IMG/VR virus record: IMGVR_UViG_3300035145_003630
DNA from: an uncultured virus (IMG/VR IMGVR_UViG_3300035145_003630)
Lineage: Duplodnaviria; Heunggongvirae; Uroviricota; Caudoviricetes
Strand: one strand, 5' to 3'
DNA: 64,000 nt
How positions within the stretch are numbered: position 1 is the first letter of the stretch; each line of letters opens with the position of its first letter. This document shows, in pieces, positions 9,127 to 18,196 of the stretch. Under the pieces are notes generated by a model. That model saw nothing but the letters and a program-made list of their open reading frames with translations, ran no database searches and was not told the origin of the DNA. The position numbers and the translations under genes are program-made.

Positions 9127-10377
9127 TTATTTAATTATAATCTTTATTTTAGTTCCGTAATTTGTTTTTTCGGCTGATATAGAAAATCCGTGTTCTTGTA
9201 GGATTGCAATACAAATGTTCAATCCCAATCCACTTCCACTTTCTTTTTGGTCTTTTTTTCTTGTATACGGTTTAGATAACTCTAAGAACTCACTCTGACT
9301 CATTCCTCGTCCATTGTCTTGAACAATCAAAGTTTTTTCATCTTCCATATAAATCATTACAGACTTTGTTGGACTATCGTTATATTTCAGACCATTACGA
9401 ATTAAGTTATCCACTGCGGTACAAAACAACGGTTCATTAACTTCAACTTCAGGTAATTCATCAATAACCACTTGTTTAACATATGAAGTTGAAGACAAAT
9501 AATCACTTAGGATGGTTTTCAAGTTTACTTTTTGTTTTTCTAATTGAACCTCTTGTTTAACTAAGTTGGTAAATTCCTTAACACCAGCATAAACTTTTTG
9601 TGTGTGTTTCAAACCTTCTTCCAACATTTTCAATGGAGCATCAATTTTCAATTCTTTAATTTGCTCTTCACTCATTCTTCTTTTCAAAGACCTCAACCCT
9701 CTCGGCATGTAAGTATTAATTCCTGAATGCATATCGTGTCTTAAAATCTTAGCCGCATGCTCCAAATAAGAATTCTTTTGATTCAAAACAACTTCAGCAT
9801 CGTGTTGTGAAGTAATATCTGTTGCAATTTTCAAAATTGTGGTGTAATCACCATTTTCATCCATGATAGGAGTATAATTTCCGAATAACCATTTTTTTGA
9901 ACCATCTTTTGCAACCCTTTCAAACTCACCAGTGACACTATTACCTTTTCTAAGTGTGTCCCAAAATTCTACATATTCTTTACTCTTAGCATATTCTGGT
10001 GTAACCATAGCACTGTGTGGTTTGTTTACTATATTCTTTTCAGGACATCCCATAATATCACAGAAGTTGTCATTAGCTGACAATATATTACCATCAATAG
10101 ACATGACCACAACTAAATTAGATTTACTAATAGCCTCCAATTGAGCATTCACGTTTTCCTCTTTGAGTCTAATGTTTTTTAATAGTTCATTCACCACCAT
10201 AAAAAATGGAGGCATAAACGCAATAACACAAGCATAACCAAATTGAGCCAAAAACATTGAGTTTTCACAAATACCAAAGACAATACAAGATTGCACAGAA
10301 AAGAATGTCAACATAATCAATGCCGCTATTCCTAATGATATCTTAGACCTTATTGATATGCTTGAAATCGCACTCAT
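9127..10377 (-). CDS. membrane-bound PAS-domain sensor histidine kinase
   Basis: 2 TM; PAS/PAC (DGNILSAN...KDGSKKWL...ATDIT); H-box LRHDMH; N-box DNLIRNGLKY; DNGRG; GSGLGL. Confidence 0.92.
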   Translation of the reverse strand: MSAISSISIRSKISLGIAALIMLTFFSVQSCIVFGICENSMFLAQFGYACVIAFMPPFFMVVNELLKNIRLKEENVNAQLEAISKSNLVVVMSIDGNILSANDNFCDIMGCPEKNIVNKPHSAMVTPEYAKSKEYVEFWDTLRKGNSVTGEFERVAKDGSKKWLFGNYTPIMDENGDYTTILKIATDITSQHDAEVVLNQKNSYLEHAAKILRHDMHSGINTYMPRGLRSLKRRMSEEQIKELKIDAPLKMLEEGLKHTQKVYAGVKEFTNLVKQEVQLEKQKVNLKTILSDYLSSTSYVKQVVIDELPEVEVNEPLFCTAVDNLIRNGLKYNDSPTKSVMIYMEDEKTLIVQDNGRGMSQSEFLELSKPYTRKKDQKESGSGLGLNICIAILQEHGFSISAEKTNYGTKIKIIIK

Positions 10378-10380
10378 TAT

Positions 10381-10581
10381 TTATAGTTCTGATTTCTTAA
10401 ATCCACACTTCCCGAAAAACCATTTAGAAGGACAAAATCCTGTCCATACTCCAACGTTCAACATGCAGATAACAAAGAGTACCACACCCCAAATATTTAA
10501 TACATATCCCACCAAAAGGACGATTGACATTAAAAGATAAACCATTCTCGTGTCAGTAATGTTATTTAATAAGTTTCTCAT
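10381..10581 (-). CDS. small 2-TM membrane protein, YgaP/DUF2892-like
   Basis: two TM helices then TGFCP motif; start at ATG 10581 overlapping upstream stop. Confidence 0.65.
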   Translation of the reverse strand: MRNLLNNITDTRMVYLLMSIVLLVGYVLNIWGVVLFVICMLNVGVWTGFCPSKWFFGKCGFKKSEL

Positions 10582-10700
10582 AATGATATTGTTTGTATGA
10601 ATGCAATTTTTAATCTTATCCACAACCTTTGCATCATAGGTAGGGATTTGAACTCTTCAGTTCTGAAAATGTCTTCCAATTCTTTTATTTCTTTGTCCAT
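10578..10700 (-). CDS. 40-aa hypothetical protein, first gene of the operon
   Basis: manual translation MDKEIKELEDIF...IQTISL; TATTTATA just upstream; ATGA overlap with next gene. Confidence 0.6.
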   Translation of the reverse strand: MDKEIKELEDIFRTEEFKSLPMMQRLWIRLKIAFIQTISL

Positions 10701-10728
10701 ACTCTATAAATATATTGTGACTACAAAT

Positions 10729-10755
10729 AAAAACCCCCACATTTCTGTGAGGGTT
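10729..10755 (-). terminator. intrinsic terminator; identical to 6960..6986
   Basis: same 27-bp hairpin plus T-tract after 10778..12139. Confidence 0.8.
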
Positions 10756-10777
10756 TATAATAATTACGAATTTTTAA

Positions 10778-12139
10778 TTAGTAACCAATCTCTTCTTCGT
10801 ATTCTTCTTCAATGTCGTATACCGTTGGTTGGTTTCTTCTACCCAAATCTTCAGGTTCCGCATCAAATCCTTTGATGGTGTAATCTTTCCAGAAGAACCC
10901 GTCTTTGGTTGTCTTCCAATCGTTGAAGTTCTGTAACGCTTCAGCCATCTGTAAGCTGAAATCTGTAGGAACCGCATCCTCATCAAACCTACTATTACAA
11001 TCATAGTTTGAGAACCATCTCATCCACTCAGGACTACCAGGTTCGTATTGTGATGTCGTAGCGTCAAACAATGGACTGATAGGTGAAATCTGTGGGTATT
11101 CCGCAGTTGCATGACAGCTATAACAAGAACTCATTGGGTTGTCCATAGGTCCATTCAATCTACCGTTCCATCCCAAATGTGAAGGAGGTAATTCATTTCT
11201 GTCAGGGTTGATGATAGTTTGTTTCAAATCTAAGTTGATGTATGTGCTATCAGGAACAGGGTTAGATGTGTTCGTAGTATCCTCAGGGTCGTCTCCCCAC
11301 ATGATACCAACAGGAACCAAGTTGTAGAACTTATCGCTCTTGTTCATCGCACCATTGTATTTGTAGTTACCCAAAACCCATCCACTCGGAGCACGGAAAT
11401 CTTTAACCATAACATCCATTTGGATTAATACAACTTCAATCTCTTCTCTATCCAACGTACCAAAATCATACGTCGCATACGCTTTCCACCACAATCCATT
11501 CTGTAGATAAGGAACCTGCTCTTCAACAATGTCCTTTGGAACAGACAAGAACAATAACTTAAACATTACCGTTCCTTCAGGGAAACCTCCCATATCTTCC
11601 ATCTTCTCAGCACTCGGATGTAAGTGGTCTTCCCATACTTTACCAATGGTGTAACCACCTTTGTCGTTGTATAGACCAACTGCCCATGCACCACCTGTGG
11701 AATAAGTGTAGTCAGGACCCAACTGACCTGCTTGTACTGGAGCTTCTTTCGTCAATCCGTGGAAACCTTCTCTACCGTTCGCAGAATAGTGTTGCCATGG
11801 CATGTGATACCAGTCTCTAACTTTATTCAACTCAGGTCTGAAAGCAACATCAGTGTTACCTTCAAAACAATACCTTTGTACTGCCAATAGATATTCCTTC
11901 CAATTCTCTTGGTAGTCAATCTCAAAGAACTTAGGTAATTCCGTCTCAGGCATCGTAGTAGGATAGTCCTGACTTAATCTGAATACAGGAATGTTGTCTT
12001 TCTCTACTGTACCAGGGTCAACCATAAACCCGAAATCAGGAAACGGTTGTTGTTCTTTTTTGTCACCTCTTGATACGTAAATTAAGACGGTAACCACCAT
12101 CAATATCAATACCAAAATAGACCATTTTTGTTTGCTCAT
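10778..12139 (-). CDS. exported/membrane-anchored protein with single CxxCH heme c motif
   Basis: N-terminal TM/signal; CYSCH near C-terminus after GRLNGP.DNP. Confidence 0.7.
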   Translation of the reverse strand: MSKQKWSILVLILMVVTVLIYVSRGDKKEQQPFPDFGFMVDPGTVEKDNIPVFRLSQDYPTTMPETELPKFFEIDYQENWKEYLLAVQRYCFEGNTDVAFRPELNKVRDWYHMPWQHYSANGREGFHGLTKEAPVQAGQLGPDYTYSTGGAWAVGLYNDKGGYTIGKVWEDHLHPSAEKMEDMGGFPEGTVMFKLLFLSVPKDIVEEQVPYLQNGLWWKAYATYDFGTLDREEIEVVLIQMDVMVKDFRAPSGWVLGNYKYNGAMNKSDKFYNLVPVGIMWGDDPEDTTNTSNPVPDSTYINLDLKQTIINPDRNELPPSHLGWNGRLNGPMDNPMSSCYSCHATAEYPQISPISPLFDATTSQYEPGSPEWMRWFSNYDCNSRFDEDAVPTDFSLQMAEALQNFNDWKTTKDGFFWKDYTIKGFDAEPEDLGRRNQPTVYDIEEEYEEEIGY

Positions 12140-12204
12140 AATTTATTTTTTATTATGTTTATTTATTATAAGTATGTTACCCCTACAAAGAAAGAAAATT
12201 GTTT

Positions 12205-12558
12205 ATGGCACATCCTTGGCAACACGCAATATCATCATCACAAAAGTTCGGTGGGAAACCCGATGATTACATCCACATTCACCAATGGTTTGACGAAACC
12301 AAAGGATGGTATGCCCACATCTATCACAGAATGTTTAGACACCACTCTGAAGGTATCTTTGAGTGTGAAGAAGTGTTTGGTATGTCCTTTGAAAACAGTG
12401 ACGGGAAAACCGTTTATACTCGTTACATCGGAGAACAACACGTTAGAGAAGATTGTAACAACCACGTCCCAACCGCAAAAGAATGGATTGAAGGTATTCT
12501 ATCAGAGAAAAAACCCATTTGGATGATGAAAACTATGAAATTAAACATAGAAGACTAA
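12205..12558 (+). CDS. DUF6915-like His-rich protein
   Basis: MAHPWQHA...IHQWFD...HRMFRHHSEG...GEQHVRED pattern. Confidence 0.75.
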   Translation: MAHPWQHAISSSQKFGGKPDDYIHIHQWFDETKGWYAHIYHRMFRHHSEGIFECEEVFGMSFENSDGKTVYTRYIGEQHVREDCNNHVPTAKEWIEGILSEKKPIWMMKTMKLNIED

Positions 12559-12570
12559 TATTTATAGTCT

Positions 12571-13878
12571 ATGGACGCAGACTTAAAAAAGAAACTACTC
12601 TTAATCTTTGATTACCTGAAACTGAATGGTTGCCACTACGCCGAAAAGGAAGGTGACTACTACAGCATGAACTTTCATGACCAAAACAGTAATTGGGGAT
12701 GTGTATCATCAAATTATAGATTAGGAATGGTTCGTCTTCCATTAGACATCACACAAGAGTTGGAGGTATTAATTGACAACCACCAAAATGAGTTTGATAG
12801 TAACAGTGATGACCCTTACGGTTTTGAAGTAAGACTTTATCCTGATACAAAAACCATCTCAGTTTACGAACAATATTCTGAATTTCTTACTGAAGATACT
12901 GTTACGGTTACCGTAGATACTGAACAAGAGCCCGAAGTCAAACAAATCATTGACCACTATTGTAAAAAAGAAGAAATCTGTAGAGGTAATATCACATTCC
13001 AATTCTATGGTGGTGGTGACTCAGGATATATTGAGGATAATGGTGGTATGTCTGACTTTGATGGTCCTGCAAAACTCTACGAACCAGCTGAAGATATGTT
13101 CTACAGAATGTTAAGTATCAACTTTGGTGGATGGGAAATCAATGAAGGTTCACAAGGTGACTGTATCATTGATATGGATTTAGAACAACTACAGTTAGAT
13201 TTTCAACAAAACTACGAAGAATCAAAATCTGATGAGGTTTGGTCCATGTCTTTGGAAGAAGGTATCAATGAGGATTGGGAGAAAGTGGAACCAACACCAG
13301 GTAGTGTAGACGATGAAAATGAAAATGTAATTTTATCATCAGTTAAAAAATTACTTGAATCACTTTTCTTTAATGGATTAGATGTCTCCTATCAAATTTA
13401 CAGAATGCCACATCGTGACAATAAAGATTATATCAGCGTGGATATAGATGTTGATGTAAGTAGAATTCTTGACAGTCACGAAAATTACGACGAAAAATAC
13501 TCTGAAGTAATATATAATTTAGAAGAGGTGATAGAGACGGTTGAAAAGTATTTAGGAATACAACGTCAAGTATACATAGGTATATCGTATTTTAACCACG
13601 ACTTCCTTGATGACGAAGCTCACTACGCAACTCAAGAACTACACGAAGAGTTAATTAAGAGTGACGTATTCACCACCGCACAAGCAACTGATACTTGGAT
13701 TAATGTTCATTATCGTGAAGACGATTACCCAGCAATAAGTATTGAGGCTGGTGGTCACGATATTCCTAACGAAGAATCCGACCTATTTGAAAATACCGTT
13801 TGGAATATTGTTGAAAAATACAAACACTTATCAATGGTTGTAAATTACAACGAAATTGACTTTTGGATTAATTATTGA
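12571..13878 (+). CDS. two-part hypothetical protein (DUF6878-like GGGDSG domain plus acidic C-terminal domain)
   Basis: YGGGDSG...GWEINEGSQG motif; TATTTATA upstream. Confidence 0.7.
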   Translation: MDADLKKKLLLIFDYLKLNGCHYAEKEGDYYSMNFHDQNSNWGCVSSNYRLGMVRLPLDITQELEVLIDNHQNEFDSNSDDPYGFEVRLYPDTKTISVYEQYSEFLTEDTVTVTVDTEQEPEVKQIIDHYCKKEEICRGNITFQFYGGGDSGYIEDNGGMSDFDGPAKLYEPAEDMFYRMLSINFGGWEINEGSQGDCIIDMDLEQLQLDFQQNYEESKSDEVWSMSLEEGINEDWEKVEPTPGSVDDENENVILSSVKKLLESLFFNGLDVSYQIYRMPHRDNKDYISVDIDVDVSRILDSHENYDEKYSEVIYNLEEVIETVEKYLGIQRQVYIGISYFNHDFLDDEAHYATQELHEELIKSDVFTTAQATDTWINVHYREDDYPAISIEAGGHDIPNEESDLFENTVWNIVEKYKHLSMVVNYNEIDFWINY

Positions 13879-14642
13879 TTCTTTTCTTCTTCTTTTCTTT
13901 TGATGTGTTCACCATTATTTCTAATGAACTCATAGAAGTAATCAACATACTGTTCTCTCTTTGGGAACTTCATTCTCAATCCCAAATAAGTTCTCAACAG
14001 ATTATTATCTTTGAATCCTTTCCACATCTTCTCAAAGATGTCGGCGTGTAAAGCGAAAGGTTCAACATCATAACCCTCATATTGTTCGTTAAACTCATAT
14101 TGTTCAACCAATTGGTCCACAGATGCATTGGATGGGTAAACATCTCCAAATTCAGCACCAGTAAAGTTGAAAACATTGGTATAATACCAATCTCGGATAC
14201 AGTCCTGAACTTCATAACCAATCTCATTAATATCATCATCAGTGATTGGCTCTTCTTCACTATTATAATTGGCGTTCAACTCATCAATGTCTGAGTAATT
14301 ATATAGGTCACCCAACTTATAAGTTACATTATTAGAAAATAATTCAACCGTGGATTTAGGGTCAACAGCAACATCAATATCCTCAAGATAATAGGACCCA
14401 AGCGGGTGCTGTTGAATGTCATAGTTGGTAACAACAAACCTCAGGTCATAACCACCACAAGAGAATTCAATAACACCTTTACCTTTTTCTTGCATGACTT
14501 GGTCAATACCTTCTCTACCCAACTTATCAGATAACCTTTTCTGAACCTCTTGTTCTTGGTCTCTGTTAAGTCCCATATACTTGATAATCTTATCGTCAAT
14601 AACATCACCAGCAATCTCAAAGTATTTGTCAACTATATCCAT
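13872..14642 (-). CDS. acidic hypothetical protein
   Basis: 256-aa ORF. Confidence 0.75.
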   Translation of the reverse strand: MDIVDKYFEIAGDVIDDKIIKYMGLNRDQEQEVQKRLSDKLGREGIDQVMQEKGKGVIEFSCGGYDLRFVVTNYDIQQHPLGSYYLEDIDVAVDPKSTVELFSNNVTYKLGDLYNYSDIDELNANYNSEEEPITDDDINEIGYEVQDCIRDWYYTNVFNFTGAEFGDVYPSNASVDQLVEQYEFNEQYEGYDVEPFALHADIFEKMWKGFKDNNLLRTYLGLRMKFPKREQYVDYFYEFIRNNGEHIKRKEEEKNQ

Positions 14643-14666
14643 ACCAATAAATACTTCATAGTTTTA

Positions 14667-14969
14667 TTATATACATTCAGTCCTGCTGATATCTTTACTT
14701 AAACTTACATGGATATGATTTAGACCCAGATAATGACACTTATCATTCATCTCTTTCCACAGGTGTTCATTGAGAACCCGATTAGCTACCGTCACCTTTG
14801 TCTTTGGTGTTTGTCTTTCAAACTTCACCACCGTGCTCAATCTCGGAGAACCCTCAAAGTCCCAACCCATTACACTTTCAAAGATAATATCATAGATAAT
14901 CTTCTCCTTTCCAAACTCATAAGTAAGGGTAGAAAAGACCTTTGGGATTATCTTATTTATTGAACTCAT
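14667..14969 (-). CDS. hypothetical protein
   Basis: 100-aa ORF filling the gap. Confidence 0.6.
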   Translation of the reverse strand: MSSINKIIPKVFSTLTYEFGKEKIIYDIIFESVMGWDFEGSPRLSTVVKFERQTPKTKVTVANRVLNEHLWKEMNDKCHYLGLNHIHVSLSKDISRTECI

Positions 14970-14996
14970 AGTATTTATAGTTAATACTTCAATTAT

Positions 14997-15881
14997 ATGT
15001 CATCAGAAGAATTAAATAAAGGGAAAGAACTTGTCGTTAAGTTATTAAATGCCGTTTTTTCATCACAGGGGGACTATAAAATAGAATACCGAACTGATGA
15101 GACTGGTATCATCGCAAATCTTGTTGACCCCGACAATGTTGTACCTATTGTAAGCAGACATTTAATCAACGAAAAGGTTTGGATGTCCTTCAAACAAGCT
15201 TCAAGATACTTACCAATCGCCATGGAAGTTTATTCTGATGTTGATATCATAATAGAACATAACGGAGAAACCTTAACAGGTAATTCAAACGACATAAGAA
15301 TTAGTCAACCTGTATTGGATTGTTTCAACTCAGCAATAGAATACATAGAAAACAATCCAACCAAACTCAGAACCGCATTTATAAATGTAAGTGAAGCCAT
15401 GGGTGACTATACAGTGACTTTGGTAAACAATACCGTAATGGGTAGTGACATAGACTCCAATGATTCCTATCTTAATTTTTATATCTATGTTGTTCCCGAT
15501 TATATTCTGTTAACCAAAAACGAAGGTCAATCAGTAAAAGTGACTCTTGAAGATATAAAAGAATTTGTAAATCATGGAGGTGAAGATGGTGGACCATATT
15601 GGGACAATGAGAAAGAAGTAATCAATTCAATATTATCTTCAACATCCTTTGCAATACAAGAACAAATTGATTCAGGAACCATTATTCCTGAATTCTATAA
15701 TTGTTTAAGTCAATATGTTTCATGGGACGAAGGACTCTATGAAGATTACTTTTCACAAATGGAAATACTTGTTAACGGAATAAGTCACCCCATAGTAAGC
15801 TATGGTCACTATAAAGAAACAGGGTCATCTGACTTCGAAACAATAGAAAACTTATTCACCTTCCTCAATAATAAAAAGTAA
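14997..15881 (+). CDS. hypothetical protein
   Basis: 294-aa ORF; TATTTATA at 14972. Confidence 0.75.
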   Translation: MSSEELNKGKELVVKLLNAVFSSQGDYKIEYRTDETGIIANLVDPDNVVPIVSRHLINEKVWMSFKQASRYLPIAMEVYSDVDIIIEHNGETLTGNSNDIRISQPVLDCFNSAIEYIENNPTKLRTAFINVSEAMGDYTVTLVNNTVMGSDIDSNDSYLNFYIYVVPDYILLTKNEGQSVKVTLEDIKEFVNHGGEDGGPYWDNEKEVINSILSSTSFAIQEQIDSGTIIPEFYNCLSQYVSWDEGLYEDYFSQMEILVNGISHPIVSYGHYKETGSSDFETIENLFTFLNNKK

Positions 15882-16232
15882 GGGAAACTCTTCAGGAATC
15901 ATAGTTAGTGGAATACTAATCGGTTCATCAGCATTTATCAGAAAATCATAGAAATCCAAACTCCTTTTGTGACGGAACATCTTCATTACATTCCCTGGCA
16001 TATCATTGAAGTCTTTACGGTATAAATCTATAGCTGTAACCTTCTTGGACTTTCCCCAAAGGAAATCTACATTAACCTCCTTACCCACAGTAATAGGAAC
16101 AACGGTGATGTCTTTATCCTTAAAATTCTCGTTGCAGTGTTTGATGACCAAACGACGATTGGGAAAAGGAGAGTATTGTATTTCATACATCTCACGAATG
16201 TAATCCACCAAACCTCCTTTTATATCCCTCAT
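15852..16232 (-). CDS. hypothetical protein
   Basis: ORF in tight minus-strand run. Confidence 0.65.
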   Translation of the reverse strand: MRDIKGGLVDYIREMYEIQYSPFPNRRLVIKHCNENFKDKDITVVPITVGKEVNVDFLWGKSKKVTAIDLYRKDFNDMPGNVMKMFRHKRSLDFYDFLINADEPISIPLTMIPEEFPLLFIIEEGE

Positions 16233-16469
16233 CTATTTTACCTTTATATTAATAACTATCTTAAAAGGATGTGTTTCCAACTCATAGGTATTGAACCTAT
16301 TGTCCAACCTGAAATATTTGTCAAAGTCTATAATCACATACTCAACACCTTCACTCCAACCCATCACCGCATTATACATATAGTCAATAGAGATGGACTC
16401 AAACATCTTATTGTGATACATCCTCCTGATTTCAGGATTGAACTCATGTGACTCTATAGTTAGTTCCAT
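16233..16469 (-). CDS. hypothetical protein
   Basis: ORF in tight minus-strand run. Confidence 0.6.
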   Translation of the reverse strand: MELTIESHEFNPEIRRMYHNKMFESISIDYMYNAVMGWSEGVEYVIIDFDKYFRLDNRFNTYELETHPFKIVINIKVK

Positions 16470-16648
16470 CGTACTGGGGGTTCAGCTATCATTGATTCTT
16501 CATCATCACCAACAATCCTCCATCGATACATCATGTTGGGACTCACCATCCTTCTTTTTATTTCATAGTTTGGGTCTGCATTATCACCAATCTCGATGAT
16601 ATATTCAGGACATTGTTCTAATGGATAATTTTGAAAACCTATTCTCAT
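16460..16648 (-). CDS. hypothetical protein
   Basis: ORF directly downstream of thyA. Confidence 0.55.
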   Translation of the reverse strand: MRIGFQNYPLEQCPEYIIEIGDNADPNYEIKRRMVSPNMMYRWRIVGDDEESMIAEPPVRWN

Positions 16649-16650
16649 GA

Positions 16651-17553
16651 TTAGTTACTTAAAGGTGCTTTGATTGATGGATGACTTTCGTACCCAATGA
16701 TTTCATAATCGAACTCACCATTTAGAATATCCACGTTACTCAACTTAATAGTTGGTAAATCAAATGATTGTCTACCACATTGTGTTGTCGCTTGTTCAAT
16801 ATGATTACTGTATAAGTGAGTATCACCTAAGTTACCCACCAACTCACCAGGTTCGTAACCTGTTTCCTCACACAACAACAGGAGTAATGTCCCGTAAGAT
16901 GCAATGTTGAAAGGTAATCCTAAGAATGTGTCAACACTTCTCTGATTCCACATCAACGATAGTTTACCGTCAGCAACATAACATTGGAATCCATAGTGAC
17001 ACGGAGGTAACACCATACCATCCATCTCTGCAACATTCCATGCAGATACCATCAACCTACGACTGTTTGGGTTGTTTTTAATCTCTTGAATTAGATTTTT
17101 AATTTGGTCTATTGGTTGATGAGCACTACATATCATAGAACAACACGCATCCCAACTTCTCCATTGTTTACCATAGATAGGACCTAACTCACCCCACTTT
17201 TCAGCAAAGTGGTCTTGGGTTTTTATCTTCTGAATAAAAGACTCAGGACCCATAGCCAAGGTTCCCTTATCCTCCTTATATCTCTTATACGCATCACCAT
17301 TCCAAATCTTACACCCATTCTCCACCAAATACTTAATGTTGGTATCACCTTTGAGGAACCATTTTAACTCAGTCATCATGGTCTTAATTGCCATCTTCTT
17401 CGTAGTCAACAATGGAAATCCTTTACTCATATCGTGTCTTATCTGACGACCAAACACCGATACCGTGCCAGTACCTGTTCGGTCACCCTTCTCAACACCA
17501 TTGGCCATGATGTCCAATAGTAAATTCTGATAGTCTTTGTCTAATTGATTCAT
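16651..17553 (-). CDS. thyA: thymidylate synthase
   Basis: DRTGTGT, FPLLTTK, LGPIYGKQWR, LPPCH, QRSVD.FLGLPFN, HLYSNH. Confidence 0.97.
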   Translation of the reverse strand: MNQLDKDYQNLLLDIMANGVEKGDRTGTGTVSVFGRQIRHDMSKGFPLLTTKKMAIKTMMTELKWFLKGDTNIKYLVENGCKIWNGDAYKRYKEDKGTLAMGPESFIQKIKTQDHFAEKWGELGPIYGKQWRSWDACCSMICSAHQPIDQIKNLIQEIKNNPNSRRLMVSAWNVAEMDGMVLPPCHYGFQCYVADGKLSLMWNQRSVDTFLGLPFNIASYGTLLLLLCEETGYEPGELVGNLGDTHLYSNHIEQATTQCGRQSFDLPTIKLSNVDILNGEFDYEIIGYESHPSIKAPLSN

Positions 17554-17762
17554 TAGTGGAAGTATCTAATAACTGTGTTATGGATTGGGAATCTGTAGAT
17601 TGGTGCGTTCTTACCATTCTCTTGTCTTTGAAGAACCTCATAGAAACCTTCACCCTCTCTGATTGTAGTTACGTCTTCAAGGTCAGAAACTCCGACTGTC
17701 CCATCTTCATAGATGACAGACAATTTGTGTTTTTTTGTGTTAAACTTTAGATAGTTTTGCAT
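17553..17762 (-). CDS. hypothetical protein
   Basis: 69-aa ORF coupled to thyA start. Confidence 0.65.
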   Translation of the reverse strand: MQNYLKFNTKKHKLSVIYEDGTVGVSDLEDVTTIREGEGFYEVLQRQENGKNAPIYRFPIHNTVIRYFH

Positions 17763-17854
17763 AATATTTTTGTTATTGTTATTGTTAATCGGGCATTAAA
17801 AAACCCCTTCGTCTATTATAACAAAGGGGTCTTAATAATCAATTATTTTTTGAC

Positions 17855-18154
17855 CTATTTTCCGATGACTAAATCGGAATAGTCTAATTTACTCATACCT
17901 GTTAATTCTTCCTCGACCTCATCATACATGTAAGCTTTCACTACGGCAACTACACCTTGTTCTGCTTGAGCTAACTTACTCTCCATCCAATCTTCGATTT
18001 GCTCTCCGTCTTCCATCATCTCCCACATCTTATATGCTAAGGTGGCGATGGTAAAGAGTTGTTGCTTCGCCATATATGACCCATCATGTTTACCTTCTGT
18101 CAAGGAAGCCTTCAACCTTTCCAATTGCGCTTCTGTTAGAATAATGTTTGCCAT
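17855..18154 (-). CDS. hypothetical phage protein
   Basis: N-terminal ILTEAQL; MAKQQL...EDWMESKL motif; TATTTATA upstream. Confidence 0.75.
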   Translation of the reverse strand: MANIILTEAQLERLKASLTEGKHDGSYMAKQQLFTIATLAYKMWEMMEDGEQIEDWMESKLAQAEQGVVAVVKAYMYDEVEEELTGMSKLDYSDLVIGK

Positions 18155-18196
18155 ACTTTTTATCTTTATTTATAAATATATTATGTTTCTAATAAA

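Noticed and set aside
9127..10377. LOV blue-light domain in the kinase
   Set aside because: The PAS domain lacks the GxNCRFLQ motif.
6960..10755. Insertion sequence or transposon
   Set aside because: There is no transposase or integrase and no terminal inverted repeats; the flanking repeats are terminator hairpins.
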